Positions 12,701-24,991 of a DNA stretch of 64,000 nt are shown one piece after another. A program made the position numbers and the translations under genes. The notes below the pieces were generated by a model. The model was not told the origin of the DNA. It did not search any database and saw only the letters and a list, made by a program, of their open reading frames with translations. The stretch lies in the NCBI GenBank assembly GCA_010093815.1, contig ML996575.1, one strand, 5' to 3'. The stretch is from Pseudovirgaria hyperparasitica. Taxonomy: Eukaryota. How positions within the stretch are numbered: the stretch's first letter is position 1; each line of letters starts with the position of its first letter.

Positions 12701-13612
12701 CGAACGGGCCGTGCCAGCAATACCGGCGCCAACGGGCATATCGAAGGAAGCGGACCATATCGCTTGGGAATATCTAGCAATGATCCTTCCGATGATGTAT
12801 GGGCGCTTGTCGAGCGTTGCCGACGGGACACCGCTAAGCAACCCAAGGACGAGCCTTGCAGGTTCTGCGGCAATATCTGCACCAGCTGGAAGAAGCTGAC
12901 TGTGCATCTCGCAAAGCACATGGAGCAAATTAGTATGCCTATTCTGCCTCTTGTCGAGCAGAAGCATGTCAACGCGGACACCATTGTCAGTCCCGTCGTC
13001 GACATCCCGCAACATTCCGATCAGATCCACACACCTAGTCGGTCTCCAGCATCTCACCACGGCCCCCACTCTGCTGGTCCGAGAGATCACAGCTATCCAC
13101 CACAGTTCCTCCAAAGATCCACCGCCACGGCTATGCCACCTAATGACATCAGCACGTACCCTCCTCCGCAACTTCACCATATGGTATCGCAGTCGCAGGG
13201 TGATTATCCGTCGTATTCCAGAGCGAGAGACGCCAATACACAGCATAATGCATATACCAACGTCTTGCCCGTATCTGGACCGAGTTGGACCGAGTCAAGC
13301 CAAATCAATCATGCTCCACACTATGCTCCACAACCACCACCCATCACGCCAGTATCAGGCTCAGGATTTGGCAGCAACCCTGTCTACGAATCCCCCACAG
13401 TCGAGACGCACAGCTTGCCGGGACCTGCATATGCCCAGCAATGCTTTCCGACAACAGCGTCAAATTCGACGTCAGGCGCAGGGGACGTTACTATGCGAGT
13501 CCCATCACATGTTGGCTACGGCCAGAGCGCAAACGCATTCCAACAGTCTGATTACCAGCTGCATCCTTACATGTCTCAGCAGGAACAAGCAGGTCTATAC
13601 AGGCAGTACTAG
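9734..13612 (+). CDS. C2H2 zinc-finger protein (1292 aa, single exon), putative transcription factor
   Basis: Fingers FECPLCF..KPSDWTKHVHED, FTCTFPNC..FKRKADWVRHENERH, WTCNIGDC..RKDNFVQHLVREH and CRFCGNIC..KLTVHLAKH, set in S/N/P-rich low-complexity sequence. Confidence 0.92.
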   Translation: MSAVDSAAPRTRNGSQSPSHGHSHNNTQSSNHFAPNHTNDQFLTVTQPDFIFTDEPGSLDFGNLTVYDFNNDMSGYDGDASTTGGSYSSMRNVYQDSQNDLRADQNSSFLTSHSVGNSLSPNLAEHISPDAYTSESLTDYSRYASPNMDDALFGDQFGSLLHLKDHNQSGSYLYGQPTFPSQMENRFQDPSSLNSSRATLSSVNKSGIQLISPSLTTSSSPASHDHQAAPTFATNELTSHGLHLNAALQKQQGPALTNSPANTMGGVQNPNHLTSPIVRIDYSHGDHSDQHDMGLNLTLDSGKRSAQHLSPYANESSDDEIENTHGSINNSYAGRSISVPVPERNDDGSWATEGANSQAGISPIGRSRLNEQSIVSLKEQEEQILLAGKNKEVEEWLSHSDVGSDVEGPVRRKIKDSNRRRARSFNDIASQAKSGTYLGLGVQTAILHDRSIPGPGVYIDERSEYDEDDEEGERVTDVSLEDDEMPFNPESVNSSSYFPASEQDFIEAVPAKPWADSSWPNGKSSDRYQPPTSNQAMSRFITRAKEVDHASLAATVGSSRRRSESELGSLYGAVGISKPVAPTNLAEARGKPKEKRERRPSILESIIKRKDTNALKRKGSQPSPSQPAESGQANTKNAQGIATPPKRKHSWSSKGPRVDTSPLPSQKDLGLSTGPNLPTTSGPLKTLGKVIQRHRSRSDLGKSPGLATLMTQHGGPPMLSLASPLADNDTKFGPPALTTAVAAKDEEDSNAGDDIHEMHTMDLKIRNDPIIPTAEGFKTHARQLNPRLVEYMVERVTQEQMRRYKRLLDFKVKHCNAVRHRNCSAQNFCLSLGGESKILPPRASNKDGDAPFVGFQITTPGSSDEDLIAASEGTVVAAQFPPGVPLPPVKRLPAEFECPLCFKVKKFNKPSDWTKHVHEDVQPFTCTFPNCGEPKSFKRKADWVRHENERHRQLENWTCNIGDCTHTCYRKDNFVQHLVREHKLPEPRARTGRASNTGANGHIEGSGPYRLGISSNDPSDDVWALVERCRRDTAKQPKDEPCRFCGNICTSWKKLTVHLAKHMEQISMPILPLVEQKHVNADTIVSPVVDIPQHSDQIHTPSRSPASHHGPHSAGPRDHSYPPQFLQRSTATAMPPNDISTYPPPQLHHMVSQSQGDYPSYSRARDANTQHNAYTNVLPVSGPSWTESSQINHAPHYAPQPPPITPVSGSGFGSNPVYESPTVETHSLPGPAYAQQCFPTTASNSTSGAGDVTMRVPSHVGYGQSANAFQQSDYQLHPYMSQQEQAGLYRQY

Positions 13613-14876
13613 AACTAGGATTTTCACTAGCAAGGTGATGCGCACATGCATTGTAGACGCCGGGCATGTCGACACGAAGAACATGATGACATGAAACACT
13701 AAAGACGTGAAACATTAAAAGATATGAAACATTAAAGCGATCGATTTTAGCGCGTACTGAAACATACACAGTGGAGACTATGGAATCTATCTATAATGAT
13801 AGCAGTATGTTTGGCAAACAATGGTTTAGTCTATTTATGTGGATATTTTTGTTTGTATTTATGAATTTGTTCTAAACGGTGAAGGGGCTGATGGATACCC
13901 ATATCTGGCTTTTTTTGTAATGTTGATCACCACACTATTTTTGAATGCGAAGGTGCTGGCTGTAGATTCTTGGCTTGAGCGCGTTCGGCAATCGGATACC
14001 CTGTTTTGTTATCCACTAAGCGATCTACCTAGTACCCAGTATGCCGATCGCCTAGGCGGGAAAGTTGGTCTTGCTCGTGCATAGATGTAATTTGGGATAA
14101 AGAATGCAATCCTTTTCTGGATATTCGTGGCGAAGACCAAAATATGTGGGAGGTCGTAACGAAGCATTATGGACTCGATCAAACATACAGGACCCACCCA
14201 GTCATCATTTGCTAGTAGCCATTATACTCTATGTGATGAAGCATGCATGTGCTCTACGTAGAATAAGCGGGTCGTCGCAAACATAGCAAAACATCTTGGG
14301 AGGCGTAGCTCGCCAGGGACAGTGTTGGAGGAGCACGAAGGTACATTTAGGTGTCACAGATGGAAGGGGAACAGGGGCGGGCCGCTCCAACCTATGCTGA
14401 CGGACATGCATCCATGCCTGCAATTGCAGCTGTGGGTTCGGGGCGCAGACTGAAGATGCTAGACATGGTTCGCTTACAGGTCACGACGTCAAGGAGCCGA
14501 TGCTTGGAAGTGGCTGGCTTGAATGAAGACATCCATGAAGCGCATTATGTGAGTGCACACGTCGGGGCAAGAACAGTCTTTTTTAAGGGAATAGACACTA
14601 AGTTGGATGCGCAGTTCGCTGGGCGCGTACGGGTGGAGATTCACAGCCGATCGGCTGCAGGATGGGATATTTTTGTTGCATTCGTGATGGACGTTGCATG
14701 GAGTGGATAAGCATGTATGTCACTGACACCATCGCTATCGCTGTTGCTGCCATAGTCGCTGTTAGAGTCGCCGTCATGGTCCTTCGTGTTGTTTTCTTCA
14801 CGAGTGAGAGAAGGGAGGAAGCAATCCATTGCTTTGCACTGCCTCAATCTACTGTATACTGTACTGAATACGGACC

Positions 14877-14925
14877 AGCCAATCAGAGAAGCATGTTCAC
14901 TAGCTTGCTTATACAACCAATCAGC
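14877..14925 (+). promoter_or_regulatory. Pair of CCAAT boxes (AGCCAATCAG, AACCAATCAG) upstream of the second zinc-finger gene
   Basis: Two matches to the RRCCAATCA HAP/NF-Y consensus 38 bp apart, followed by a pyrimidine-rich tract typical of fungal transcription starts. Confidence 0.4.
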
Positions 14926-15665
14926 GTCGAGAATCTGGGCTGACCGGTGCAGCCACCTACCTCTATCCAGACCTCGCTCAACTCTCTATCTCACTCACTC
15001 ACTCTGCACCAGGCAGCAACATCATCGTCTGTTGTTTGCCTTTTGCGGCTTTTCGACATGGTTCTTCCGCTTTGTCCATCACTGCCAGCGCGACTAGGAA
15101 GCCTCATTCGTTGCTGTCCTTCTAGTCTTCCGAGGGTTCACGTCTCGTTACGCATGTTCCACCCATGCTGGACGGCCACGCAAAGCGTCAGCATAAATGT
15201 ATTCTCCACGCTAAGAGTCTGCGCCTACTGCCTTTTCCCACACCGGTATGCTCTTCATAGCTTATTCTTGCCGTGTACTTGCTATGCATGTCCGACCAAC
15301 CCTGATTCTCTTGAGCAATCTACTGTCCTCAATCAGGCTGGAGCGGTGTATGGAGTCAAGTACTAATGCGAAGCAAAGCCTCCGCATGGTCGAGAGGACA
15401 TGATCGAGCTCCCATTCTCTTACCAGTCAGCCTGAGCTCTCGTACCAAGTGCCGCACACGAGGCTGAAAGACACACTTCTGGGAGGCACACTTTCACTTT
15501 TCCTTACTTGGGCTCACCGATCTGTCCTCCTTTGGCCTTGTCTATTCACTGCCCCAAATCTTGTCTTCAACTACTGCGGCTACTTTCCATCTGGTCAGAC
15601 ATCGGACGCTGAGCTGAACCCTTCCAAACACTTTCATGCTAACGGGTGTTCGAAGCGTCTAGACG

Positions 15666-18600
15666 ATGGCCCAACACAGTTCCTTCACATATCCTTACTC
15701 GCCGGATGACGCCGTAAGCATTCACCAACACCTGATCCTAATTCTCCGATTGGACTGACCCTGATTCAGTATTACGACCACAACCAACCGGGCACGTCCC
15801 CACTTCGACAGTCTCCTTGGAAGAATAGGGAGCTGCCCGGTCCAGCGTCATTCAGACACGCTGCTGGCTTAGGTCTCTGTCATGATAACAGACCTACACT
15901 TGTGACTCACGCCGTCCCGGCTGTCAACATTCATCGAGCTGGCTCTATCCCTGGACTAGAAGGTATTCGTCTCTCTCCACTATCTCCGAGAAATTCAGGA
16001 CCGCAGGTAGATCCTGTCACCAACTGGATCGAAAGCAAAGAAGAACCGTGGAGCAGTATTCGCTTTCGTACAGACACCCACTTTCCTCCCATGGGTACAA
16101 ATCTGGCTCATTACCAGAATTCCCTCCCGAATTCTAACAACTATCGTCATGGCCCTAGCTCCGTAGAGAGCAACGATACTGTACCTACGCACTCGGACTC
16201 CGGATATGGCACGGCTTATACATACCCTACTCCAGTCATGGACCAAATGAATCGGACACCGGAGATGCCCGATCTTTCCTACAAAATGGATAGTGTTTCA
16301 TTACCGCGAAGGCACTCCCACGTGCTCGAGACTGACAGGAGGAGTGATGGTCCCATCAATTCACGTGATCGATCTAGGTCAAGAACCTCGCAACGGCGCT
16401 CGGCGCCTGAAAAGTGCCTCGTGCCAGGCTGTAATGAGATTTCAAAGTGTCCCTCAGATGCCAAGTATGTCTGATGAAATCCACTTGATATTGTCGAAAG
16501 ACTGACATCGTGCTTAGAAAGCATCGTTTGAAACATGAGAAGCCTTTCCACTGTGACGTCCGTAACTGTAAACGAACCCATGGTTTCACTACAATCAACG
16601 ATCTCAACAGACACAAGAAAAGTGTGCACAAGATTGGGGGTACGACGAAGTCTTATAAGTGTGTAGCCTCACATTGTAAGAACAGAGACAAGGAATGGCC
16701 GCGCCTAGACAACTTTAAGCAGCATGTGGTCCGCATGCATCCAGACGACGACCTAGATGATATAATTAGGAGGTTCGTTCCCTTCCAATTTACACTCTTA
16801 CGGGTACTAATCCTCCAGGTCCGAATGTCGCCGCACTGGCGACCAGTCCCGGTCACTTACACCCCAACAGCTGTCCATTGCTTCCATGGACAAAAGCTCC
16901 CTGGTCGCAGGCATGGATGACATTGCAAGGCATCCTTCCATTCCCACCGGTAGTCCCTCTGCTCTCTTTTCGCCCGAGCTTGGCACTAGGAACTGGGATC
17001 CGAACGCGCCGAATCCGTTCGAAGGCACATACTCCAGTACAAGCCGTCGCACCGGCAGTACTTATCCATCATATGAAGGAGGCCAAGGGTTTGGTCACGA
17101 TTACGCAGATGTGATGAGTTACAAGGTCAGTCCTCTGAGCATGGAACCCGCTGCCACGAGTGTGGTAGCTTCTTCTGGGCTCAACACGCTGGCCGCGGCC
17201 GTGGCCGTGGCCTCGACCGTTGGGAGTGAGGCTTTAGATAAGAATGAGATCCCTGACGTGGGAAACAGGACTGGGGAGCATCTTCCAGAGCCTACGAGCA
17301 CCAGCAGTCAAGTCAGCAACAACTGCATCAGCAATGGGCACAACCCCAAGGACCCGGAGACCGCGACCCAGACAGTGGGACTGAGCCCACTCGCCAAGGC
17401 CATCGCCCAGGGCCTCATGAGCTGTAAAGACAATGACAGTCTTGCACAACGAATTCTTACAGTTTTGACTGATAATGCCATTGTCAACAACACTTCGTCT
17501 TCTCCCCCCGCAGCTCTTACGAAAATTTCCGGATTGCCATCCTCGAAGCGCTCCGTCTCCACCCCTTATCCTTCACCGTCATCTCCGATTGCCCCTTCAA
17601 CCGACTTCGACTCTGTTCGCGATGCCCTTACGACTATCCTCAAATGTTCTCCGCCGATTCCTCCCACCTCCACCGCGACGGGAAGATCATCGTTAACAAC
17701 ACCATACTCTGCCCGCAAGAATAAGCATTGCTCCCGCTGCAAGAGCCACTTCGCCCGTGCATGTGAACTGCGCAAGCACGAGCGCCGTCACCAGCGGCCT
17801 TACGGATGCACACATCCCAAATGCCACAAGAAGTTCGGCAGCAAGAGCGACTGGAAGCGCCACGAGAACAGCCAGCACTTCCAGAATGAGGGATGGCGGT
17901 GCGAGATTCGGAACGACAATCATGGTGATCCTATTAGGAGAAAGGAGGTCCCGATGCAGACGACAATACATGAACCCGTAAACGATCCCGCCGCCGTCTG
18001 CGGCCTCCTCTTCGACAAAAGATCATCTTACCTCTCTCACCTCTCTAGCATCCATCGTATTCCTGTCCCCGATCATTTCAATCCAGCCTTAATTCATGGC
18101 CTATCCTCATTCTCTCCGCCATGTCGTCTCCCGTCTCCACTACGCAACGTCCTCATCAAAACACGCATCGGTCGCAACTACCAATCAAGCTTCTGGTGCG
18201 GCTTCTGCCGTGTCATTGTGCCCCTGAACGGTCGACGAGCAGATGCCTGGGACGAGCGGTTCAACCACATTGATGCGCATTTCACAAAAGAAGGAAAGGG
18301 CATCGGGGAATGGTGGTGCGTGGAGGAGCGTCGAGTCAAGGGCCAACCCGAGAGCAATCCCAATCCCTCACCTTCTATCAAAAACGACGACAACAACAAT
18401 TTGATAACAGCGGACACTAACGACAATAAGAACGACAATAACGATAACGTGAGCGCTGCCACCAATGAAGATAGCATAGAGCCGCCCGCCACCAACGACA
18501 CCGCCTTCTCCGCCCCACCGTCTCCCACGCCCGCACTCCAGCGCAAACACAGTCGCTCTCTAGATGAGGATGACACAGACACAGAAACAGACGCAACACC

Positions 18601-18787
18601 ACGACCGAAGCGCCCGCAACGAGACGAGAGCCACGACGCAAGAGACGTGGACACGTTCTGCTGCCGCTGCAAGCGAGGCCCATTCCGGCGTCGGCTCTAC
18701 TCGAACTGCATGGACTGCGAGCATGAGTTTTGTGTCGAATGCGAGTATATCGACCACGGCGGTGCGTACGAGTATGAGATGACCTAG
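15666..18787 (+). CDS. C2H2 zinc-finger protein, 4 exons
   Basis: Exons 15666-15713, 15770-16464, 16518-16772, 16819-18787 join in frame. Fingers include CLVPGC..CPSDAKKHRLKH, FHCDVRNC..GFTTINDLNRHKKSVH, YKCVASHC..WPRLDNFKQHVVRMH, CSRC..RACELRKHERRH and YGCTHPKC..FGSKSDWKRHENSQH. Also FWCGFC..WDERFNHIDAHF and a C-terminal Cys cluster. Confidence 0.9.
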
Positions 18788-19283
18788 CAGAGGCTTGCTG
18801 CTGTTACTACTGCTGTTTCTGGGAAGGCGCTGGGATGTAAACCAATTTTTTTTTTGGTGTACTACAATTTTTCGATTACTACTTTCTTTTTTTGTATGGA
18901 TTCAAATGATCATTCGGGGATTGTGTTTTTTTCCCCTTTGGATATGGCATGATTGCTACAAGGGATTCTGTTTTTTTATGACATAATGGCTTGAGGGTCA
19001 TCGGCAACAAGAGATGGGATTGGCGCCGCTTTTTGGGCCTGTATTGTATTTTCGAGAGACGGCATCTCCCTGGGGAATTTCTCACGTGCTATGAATTGGT
19101 TGGTTGGATGTGCTATACTGTTATCAACACTATTTTTCCTTTCCATTTTTCACCCATCTGTCAGCTTTCGCCATTCAACGAATCCCATTTTCTTTTTCTC
19201 TTATTCTTCCTTTCGATAGATACCATGTATGAATTTCAATGTAGTTGAGGCGTGAAAAGAAAAGGGTCGTTATGCCCTTGTAA

Positions 19284-21081
19284 TCAGTCTTTTTTGCCAC
19301 CATTCTTCTTCCATTCTGCGGCCCGATGAGTCCTCCGTGTCTTCCCGCCCGCCCCGGCAGCCTTTTTGCCGCCCTTGTTATTACCACTCCCCTTGAACTT
19401 GAAGCCAGTCTTGCCCTGACTGGCCGTTGCGCGGTGCCCTTCAAATACAAAACTCTCCGGCGTGCGCGCAACACCCTCCGCGCCACCAAACTTCCCACTC
19501 CTTGCCGCTGCCGCGCCGGCACGGCCAAGCAATTTCCCCGTGCGTCCGAGCGCCGACTTTTCCGCCTGGCTCATCTTCGGGTTGTACATGCCTTTGCCTT
19601 TCCCTGTCCCTGGTGCTGCCTGCGCGCGTCGATTCACGGCCGGATGGGAAGCGTCCTTGGGATTGCGCTTCATGCTCTTCGCGCGCGTGACGCGCAGCGA
19701 GCGCGGCAGCATAGGCGGGAAGGCCTTGCCGTCGAGGAGGAGGGCCTTTTCGACGCCGTTCTGGTCCGCGAATTGGACGTAGGCGAAGCCCTTGCCGACG
19801 CGGGTTTTTGCGTCGCGGACGACGCGCACGCTTTCGATGGTGCCGGCCGAGGCGAGATGTTTCCAGAGGCCCTCCTCGACATCGGCGGCAGGCTTGGGTT
19901 TGCGTGGTTTGCCGTCGGAGGATGCGGCGGCTGCTGCGCGGAGGGCGGTTTCGTCGTCGACGAAGCCGAGGTTGCCGATGAAGACGCAGCGGCGGTGGTC
20001 TATTTGTTGGGGGTGGGAGACGTGATCGACGCGGATGTGGCGGTCGAGGACGACGGTACCGTTGAGCTTTGGTGCGGCGGCGGAGGCGGCTTTGACGGTG
20101 GAGTAGACGACGTAAGCATGTGTGGATTTCGTGGTTTCGGCCATGAGATCTTTCTTGGCGAAGGCAGCTTTTTTGGGGAGGGGTGTGGAGAAGGCGGTGG
20201 AGCGGAAGCGAAGTGATTCGACTTTGTGAGGGGGCGTGGATGGCGGGAGCGTTGAGAGAAAGGAGGAGAGGTGGGCGAGGAGAGTCTTTTTAGCGGTCTT
20301 GGAGGTGATGGCTGCGGTAGATACGTTGCCGAGGAAGACAGTGCGCGAGGCTTTGTCTAGTTCGTCTGGTGTTTTAGGAACGGCCGCGAGAGACTCATGT
20401 TGTGGTGGCACAAATGTGTCGGCGTCGTCTTCAGGTGCATCATCGTCTCCATTGCCGTCGGTTTCCATAGAGGGATCGCCAGTTCTTTGATCGCGTTTCG
20501 GGCGCTTCTCTTGACGGAGTTTGGCTTCTTCTTTCTGCTCCTCCTCGGCTAGCTTCTGTAGATAAACATCCTCGAGATCATCTTCGTTCTCCTTCCGCTT
20601 TCGTTTCCGCGTTGACTTCTCCGATTTTGTATCAACGATGTCGTGTAACTGCATGGGGGTTGACTTTGTATTTTCGCCCTCGTCTGAAGTTTCCTCAGAA
20701 GAGTCTTCTAGGACTTCATCGCCGTCTACAGCTACTCCACCCTCAGAATCAGTCGCATCTGGAGCTTCCGTATCCGAGCTAAGCTCAGATAGTTCTTCAT
20801 CGTTCTCAGCATCTTTGGTAGCTTTTGTTGAGACTTTCTCTGCAGCGTGATATCGACTTTTCGGGAGAGGCTGTACAGGTCCAAGCTGTTCCAGTCAGTT
20901 AAGGCACAGTGTAGTTTCAGATTGTGAGGCTGCTCACACTGGCCGAAAATAAAGAAGCGAGGGCGGGATCAACAGCTTTCTGGTCCACGGCAAAAGCAGA
21001 GGTTCTGTGTTCCTTTGAACTCTTAGCAGCGGGACTTGAGTCAGTTCTGGAGCCTCCTTTCAGCGACTTGCTTTTGCCCAT
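19284..21081 (-). CDS. NOP12: Nucleolar protein 12 (two RRM domains), 2 exons
   Basis: Exons 21081-20938 and 20885-19284. Motifs DPALASLF, RTVFLGNV, VESLRFRS, HIRVD, RCVFIGNLGF, VRVVRD..TRVGKGFAYVQF, LPRSLRVTRAK, VFEGHRA. Confidence 0.95.
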
Positions 21082-21789
21082 GATTGGAGGTCGGAAGTCT
21101 TTGTTGGATACTGTACAATGGATGTATTTACGTGCCAATGAAAAATCCATTGTATGCGCGGGCGGTGAAGCTAGATCCGGCAGAAAAGGATCTTGGCAAG
21201 CACCCTCCCATGGATGGAATAGCTGGACGCTGCCCGCGCATCCGTCACGAGTTGTGGAGCTGCCCAGGTGGTTTATGCTACAGTAGTAGCTCCTCTCAAG
21301 TGTGTGTGTTCGCCGTCTTCTCTCCCCCAATCCTCCTCAGCTGCCATTCTTCACGCACTGTCTATGTCGCAACCACGCTCTCAACTATACGACAAATACT
21401 TGGATTCCTACAGCTCAATTTCCTCTTCCCAGGAACCCCTCTGCTCCCCCGAATTTGGGCCTCGGAACACGATCCTTCTTTTCCTTCCCCGATCTCGCTG
21501 GGATCGCTCAGCGCGCGCAGAGAAGTTGTCTAGCTGTAAGTTGTTTCTGATTATGTATGGGTTTGAAGATGCGCGACATTGGTAGTCAAGGTGTATCATC
21601 ATCTCGACGCTGTACTCCGTATGTCACTGATTTTCATACTGGTGCACCCACTCTCGCTCGCGTCATTCAGCGGCGGCAGTTTTCCCCCACCGCACAATCA
21701 ACCGCCATCCTTCATAGAAACAATGCTAATCGTGTAACTATTCATATAGAGCAATCGATCACGTCACACCTCAGCGTGCGCAATCCGCA

Positions 21790-24112
21790 ATGTCGGAGCT
21801 GGCTGTCCCAATACCGGTCTCTGCTAATATGCCCCGATCCGATAGACAAGCCTCAACATCTCCAGATCTCCCTGATACACAAAGCCCACCAGACCATACT
21901 ATGAATATCACCACATCCCTAGACATTCGCAGCGATGCGGACACAAGCAGTTTGAGCGATTTTGCTGAGGGCTCTGAGGATCATGAGGATCCAGTTCCAT
22001 TCTCGAGCACCGCATCAAACGTCGAAGAGAATGATTCGGAAGCAGAGACTGAGCGACTTGAAAACACCCCTCGAAAGCCGCTCGCCACAGGCCTCTATAT
22101 CGCGAATGTTGGAACAAATCTGAGCAGACTCTCCACACCCACTCCTATGGAAACAAGATCACCTCCAGAATCGCCCATTACGCCTGTAGAAGAGACCAAA
22201 GTTCCGACATTGGACGACAAGGGCGGCGATGAGCACGCTCTGGGCGTTCAGCAGAGCCTCGCAACAATATCAGAAGCAGCTCCTATGGTAGACAATTCCA
22301 GTCGCAAACGAAAAAGATCAACACCAGAAGATCAAAAACGCCCAGCCACAGGTTCTGACGAGCCAGCGCCCAAGCGAAGTGGATCTTTCAGGGCCGATCT
22401 GAACGGAAACAAGTCACACATCATGAATACCTTCGCAGACGTAGAAGTACCAGATGATACAGGCGAGCATGAGCATACTACACGGCCTACAGAGGATCCA
22501 GAAGTCGAACTAGGTGAGGACACCACGGAGACCGCAGAGGAAGTCGCAGAGACGGCAACAAGACTTCCAAGAAGTCGCAAAGGCAAACGGAAGGGCAAGA
22601 AAATTGTCGAAACTACAGAAAAGGAACCCCCCTTGGACTCTGGCGATATCCCTGATGTAGAAGATGCAGATAATGGTGAAGAGGAGGACGATGCCGCTTT
22701 GGACGAAGAACGTGAGCTCGTGATGCCCATATTTTTCTTTATATACTGATCGTGGAGCTCTAGTCGCTAAGAAGAAAGACGCAATGGACAAACTGAGTTC
22801 TATCAGAGAGAAGTTCATAGTGTTTCGCGAAAAGTACGTCTCGATTGTTCGCATGGGCAAAATTAAGGCTAATTATCACTTAGGGTCCTAGAAGAGCAAC
22901 TGAATAACGTCAATCTCGAAATCGAATCCCTTGAAGCCGCCGAACCCACACATACTGATTTCCTAGCCATGTTAAAGTGTATTGACGAGAGACGGGACGA
23001 AAAAATTGCCCACGAAAACAAACTCCTCTCATATAAAGTAAAAACACTAAAAAGAACTACAATCGCAGAACGACACCAGATACAAAGTCAGTATTTTCAG
23101 TCCGTGCGGGATATCAAGGATCGATCCATGGAGGCCTGTCAAAAGCGGCTGAATCAGTTGCAAAAAGAAAGGAGGCGTGTAGGAACTGAAGAGGTGGACT
23201 ATGCCTTACTGTTCAATCCCAAGCGATCCGACCAGATTAGACATCAAACAGCCATTAACCGCGAGGTATCGATTTTGGCTGGTGTTGCGAAATACCGTGG
23301 CTTCCCCGCGGCGCCCGATGTAACGGTCGCGAGAGACTCTGAAGTTGATGATGATCTCAAGGCTATGAATGTAAGTTCTCGGCTTATTGATTTATGGTTC
23401 ATGGTCTAAGCTTTTCTAATATACTATTCAGATACAAAAAGACCCAGTTACACAGACCGCTATGAACGCCTATCCTGCGATTGTTTCCAATACTATGAGG
23501 GCGGGCAATCAAGTGGCGGATGAGTCATTCCTTCAGAGAAACCCTTGGGCAAATCCACAACATCCTGCACATCAATTACAAGCCAACATCGCAACATCTT
23601 CACATCCACGCTTCAATCCTCTAGTCACGCCAGCCAGTCAAAAACGTACAGTCGATATCACCGCTCCAAATGGCTCGGTTTCAACCATTGAAGCGGCGTC
23701 CAACCCTCCGTCTTCAGCAGCCGGACCTGGGCAGAATGGCTCGGAACCTGTCAGAGCTCGCAAGAACGAGTCAAGCTCACCAATCTTGCCTTTCAAGCGA
23801 CCAAGTAATCACGAGACGCCCAGAATGACACCTTCGGCTTCACGTGCATATTCGAACAATTCGTCTCCAGTCCCAAACAACTGGAAGAACAGTCACAAGG
23901 ACAGCACAGTCGAATATTCCTATGCAAGTCCTATGACAAATAAAGGCACGGACAATCAGCGCACTTTTGGCCTTGCCAATGCCGCTGCGTCAGCCATGGC
24001 GGCCGGCCATGAACATCCACTTGGGGGATCCTCGCGCAACAAGACGCCTATGGGACAAAGAAGCAGCGGGCTGAGTGTTGGAACCGCTGGGAATAGTGCT
24101 TTTGGACGATAG
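21790..24112 (+). CDS. DEP1: Sds3-family Rpd3L histone deacetylase complex subunit, Dep1-like (about 719 aa), 4 exons
   Basis: Exons 21790-22711, 22764-22833, 22884-23370, 23432-24112 total 2160 nt in frame. Motifs NDSEAETERLE.TP, the coiled-coil AERHQIQSQYFQSVRDIKD and REVSILAGVAKY.GFPAAP. Confidence 0.82.
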
Positions 24113-24991
24113 GCTATGCTCAAGCATATGAGATTCGCTCGTCACTCACTTCTCACTACTCATATTCTTTAATGACCGGTGTACCGCGGCGTACATTCAT
24201 GGCCTATTTCTTGCGGCGTTTCGGATTGTCCATTGTGTTCAAGGCATGTGCTTTGTCCCTGGATATACCACGTGAGCGACGTCGTACGACTACTTGACGC
24301 TTTCTTTCTACCTTCTCGTTTCGTCTGTTTAACATGCATATGGGATGGGACCTTTTGGCCAAGTAACGTCTCACCTCTACAAATTTTTGATAGATCGACG
24401 GTAGCTGGATCCATCTCTTTCAATGGATTGGCATAATGAATGGGCCTCAGGATTGAGCAACGTCTCTTGTACAGTACAAAGATATCCAACGTTATACACT
24501 CTTCCACAGTATGCCATGATCCGATATTACTTTGTTCTCTGCTCGGACATGTCGCGTGGGTGGAGACTAGCTCGAACGAGGGTGAATGCAACTAGTTGTG
24601 CAAGGCCGCGTGGCTTCAACGCGTGCCATTAGGTAGAAGGATTCTACTCTAATTGCAATATCAGATAATGCGTTGATGAATGTTCACCACGTACAATGGA
24701 GTATTCACCAGCGATGTATGCGTTCGGGAGTTCAAATGATAAGTGAAAATGAGCATGAGCTTTCTATAAATCCGTTAAAGGTGGATGTGCGTACCCAGAT
24801 GGTCCAAACTTAGTGCCCGTGCCACTCCTCCGCGCCGGCCGGGATGCTAGGCCGACTCGCTGAGCATTGATCCATAGGTAATTAGCTCCCAAGCCTCCAG
24901 GTGTCCAAACGTATCACCATAATCACTTTCCCTATCATTCCCTACATCAGCACTCATTCCTCGAACCTTCTCCTCCACACATCCATGCATC

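Noticed and set aside
12951..13694. 247-aa alternative-frame ORF overlapping the first zinc-finger gene
   Set aside because: Out-of-frame overlap of a low-complexity region with no domain signal.
19326..20216. 296-aa plus-strand ORF
   Set aside because: Antisense shadow of the GC-rich NOP12 coding region with no recognisable motifs.
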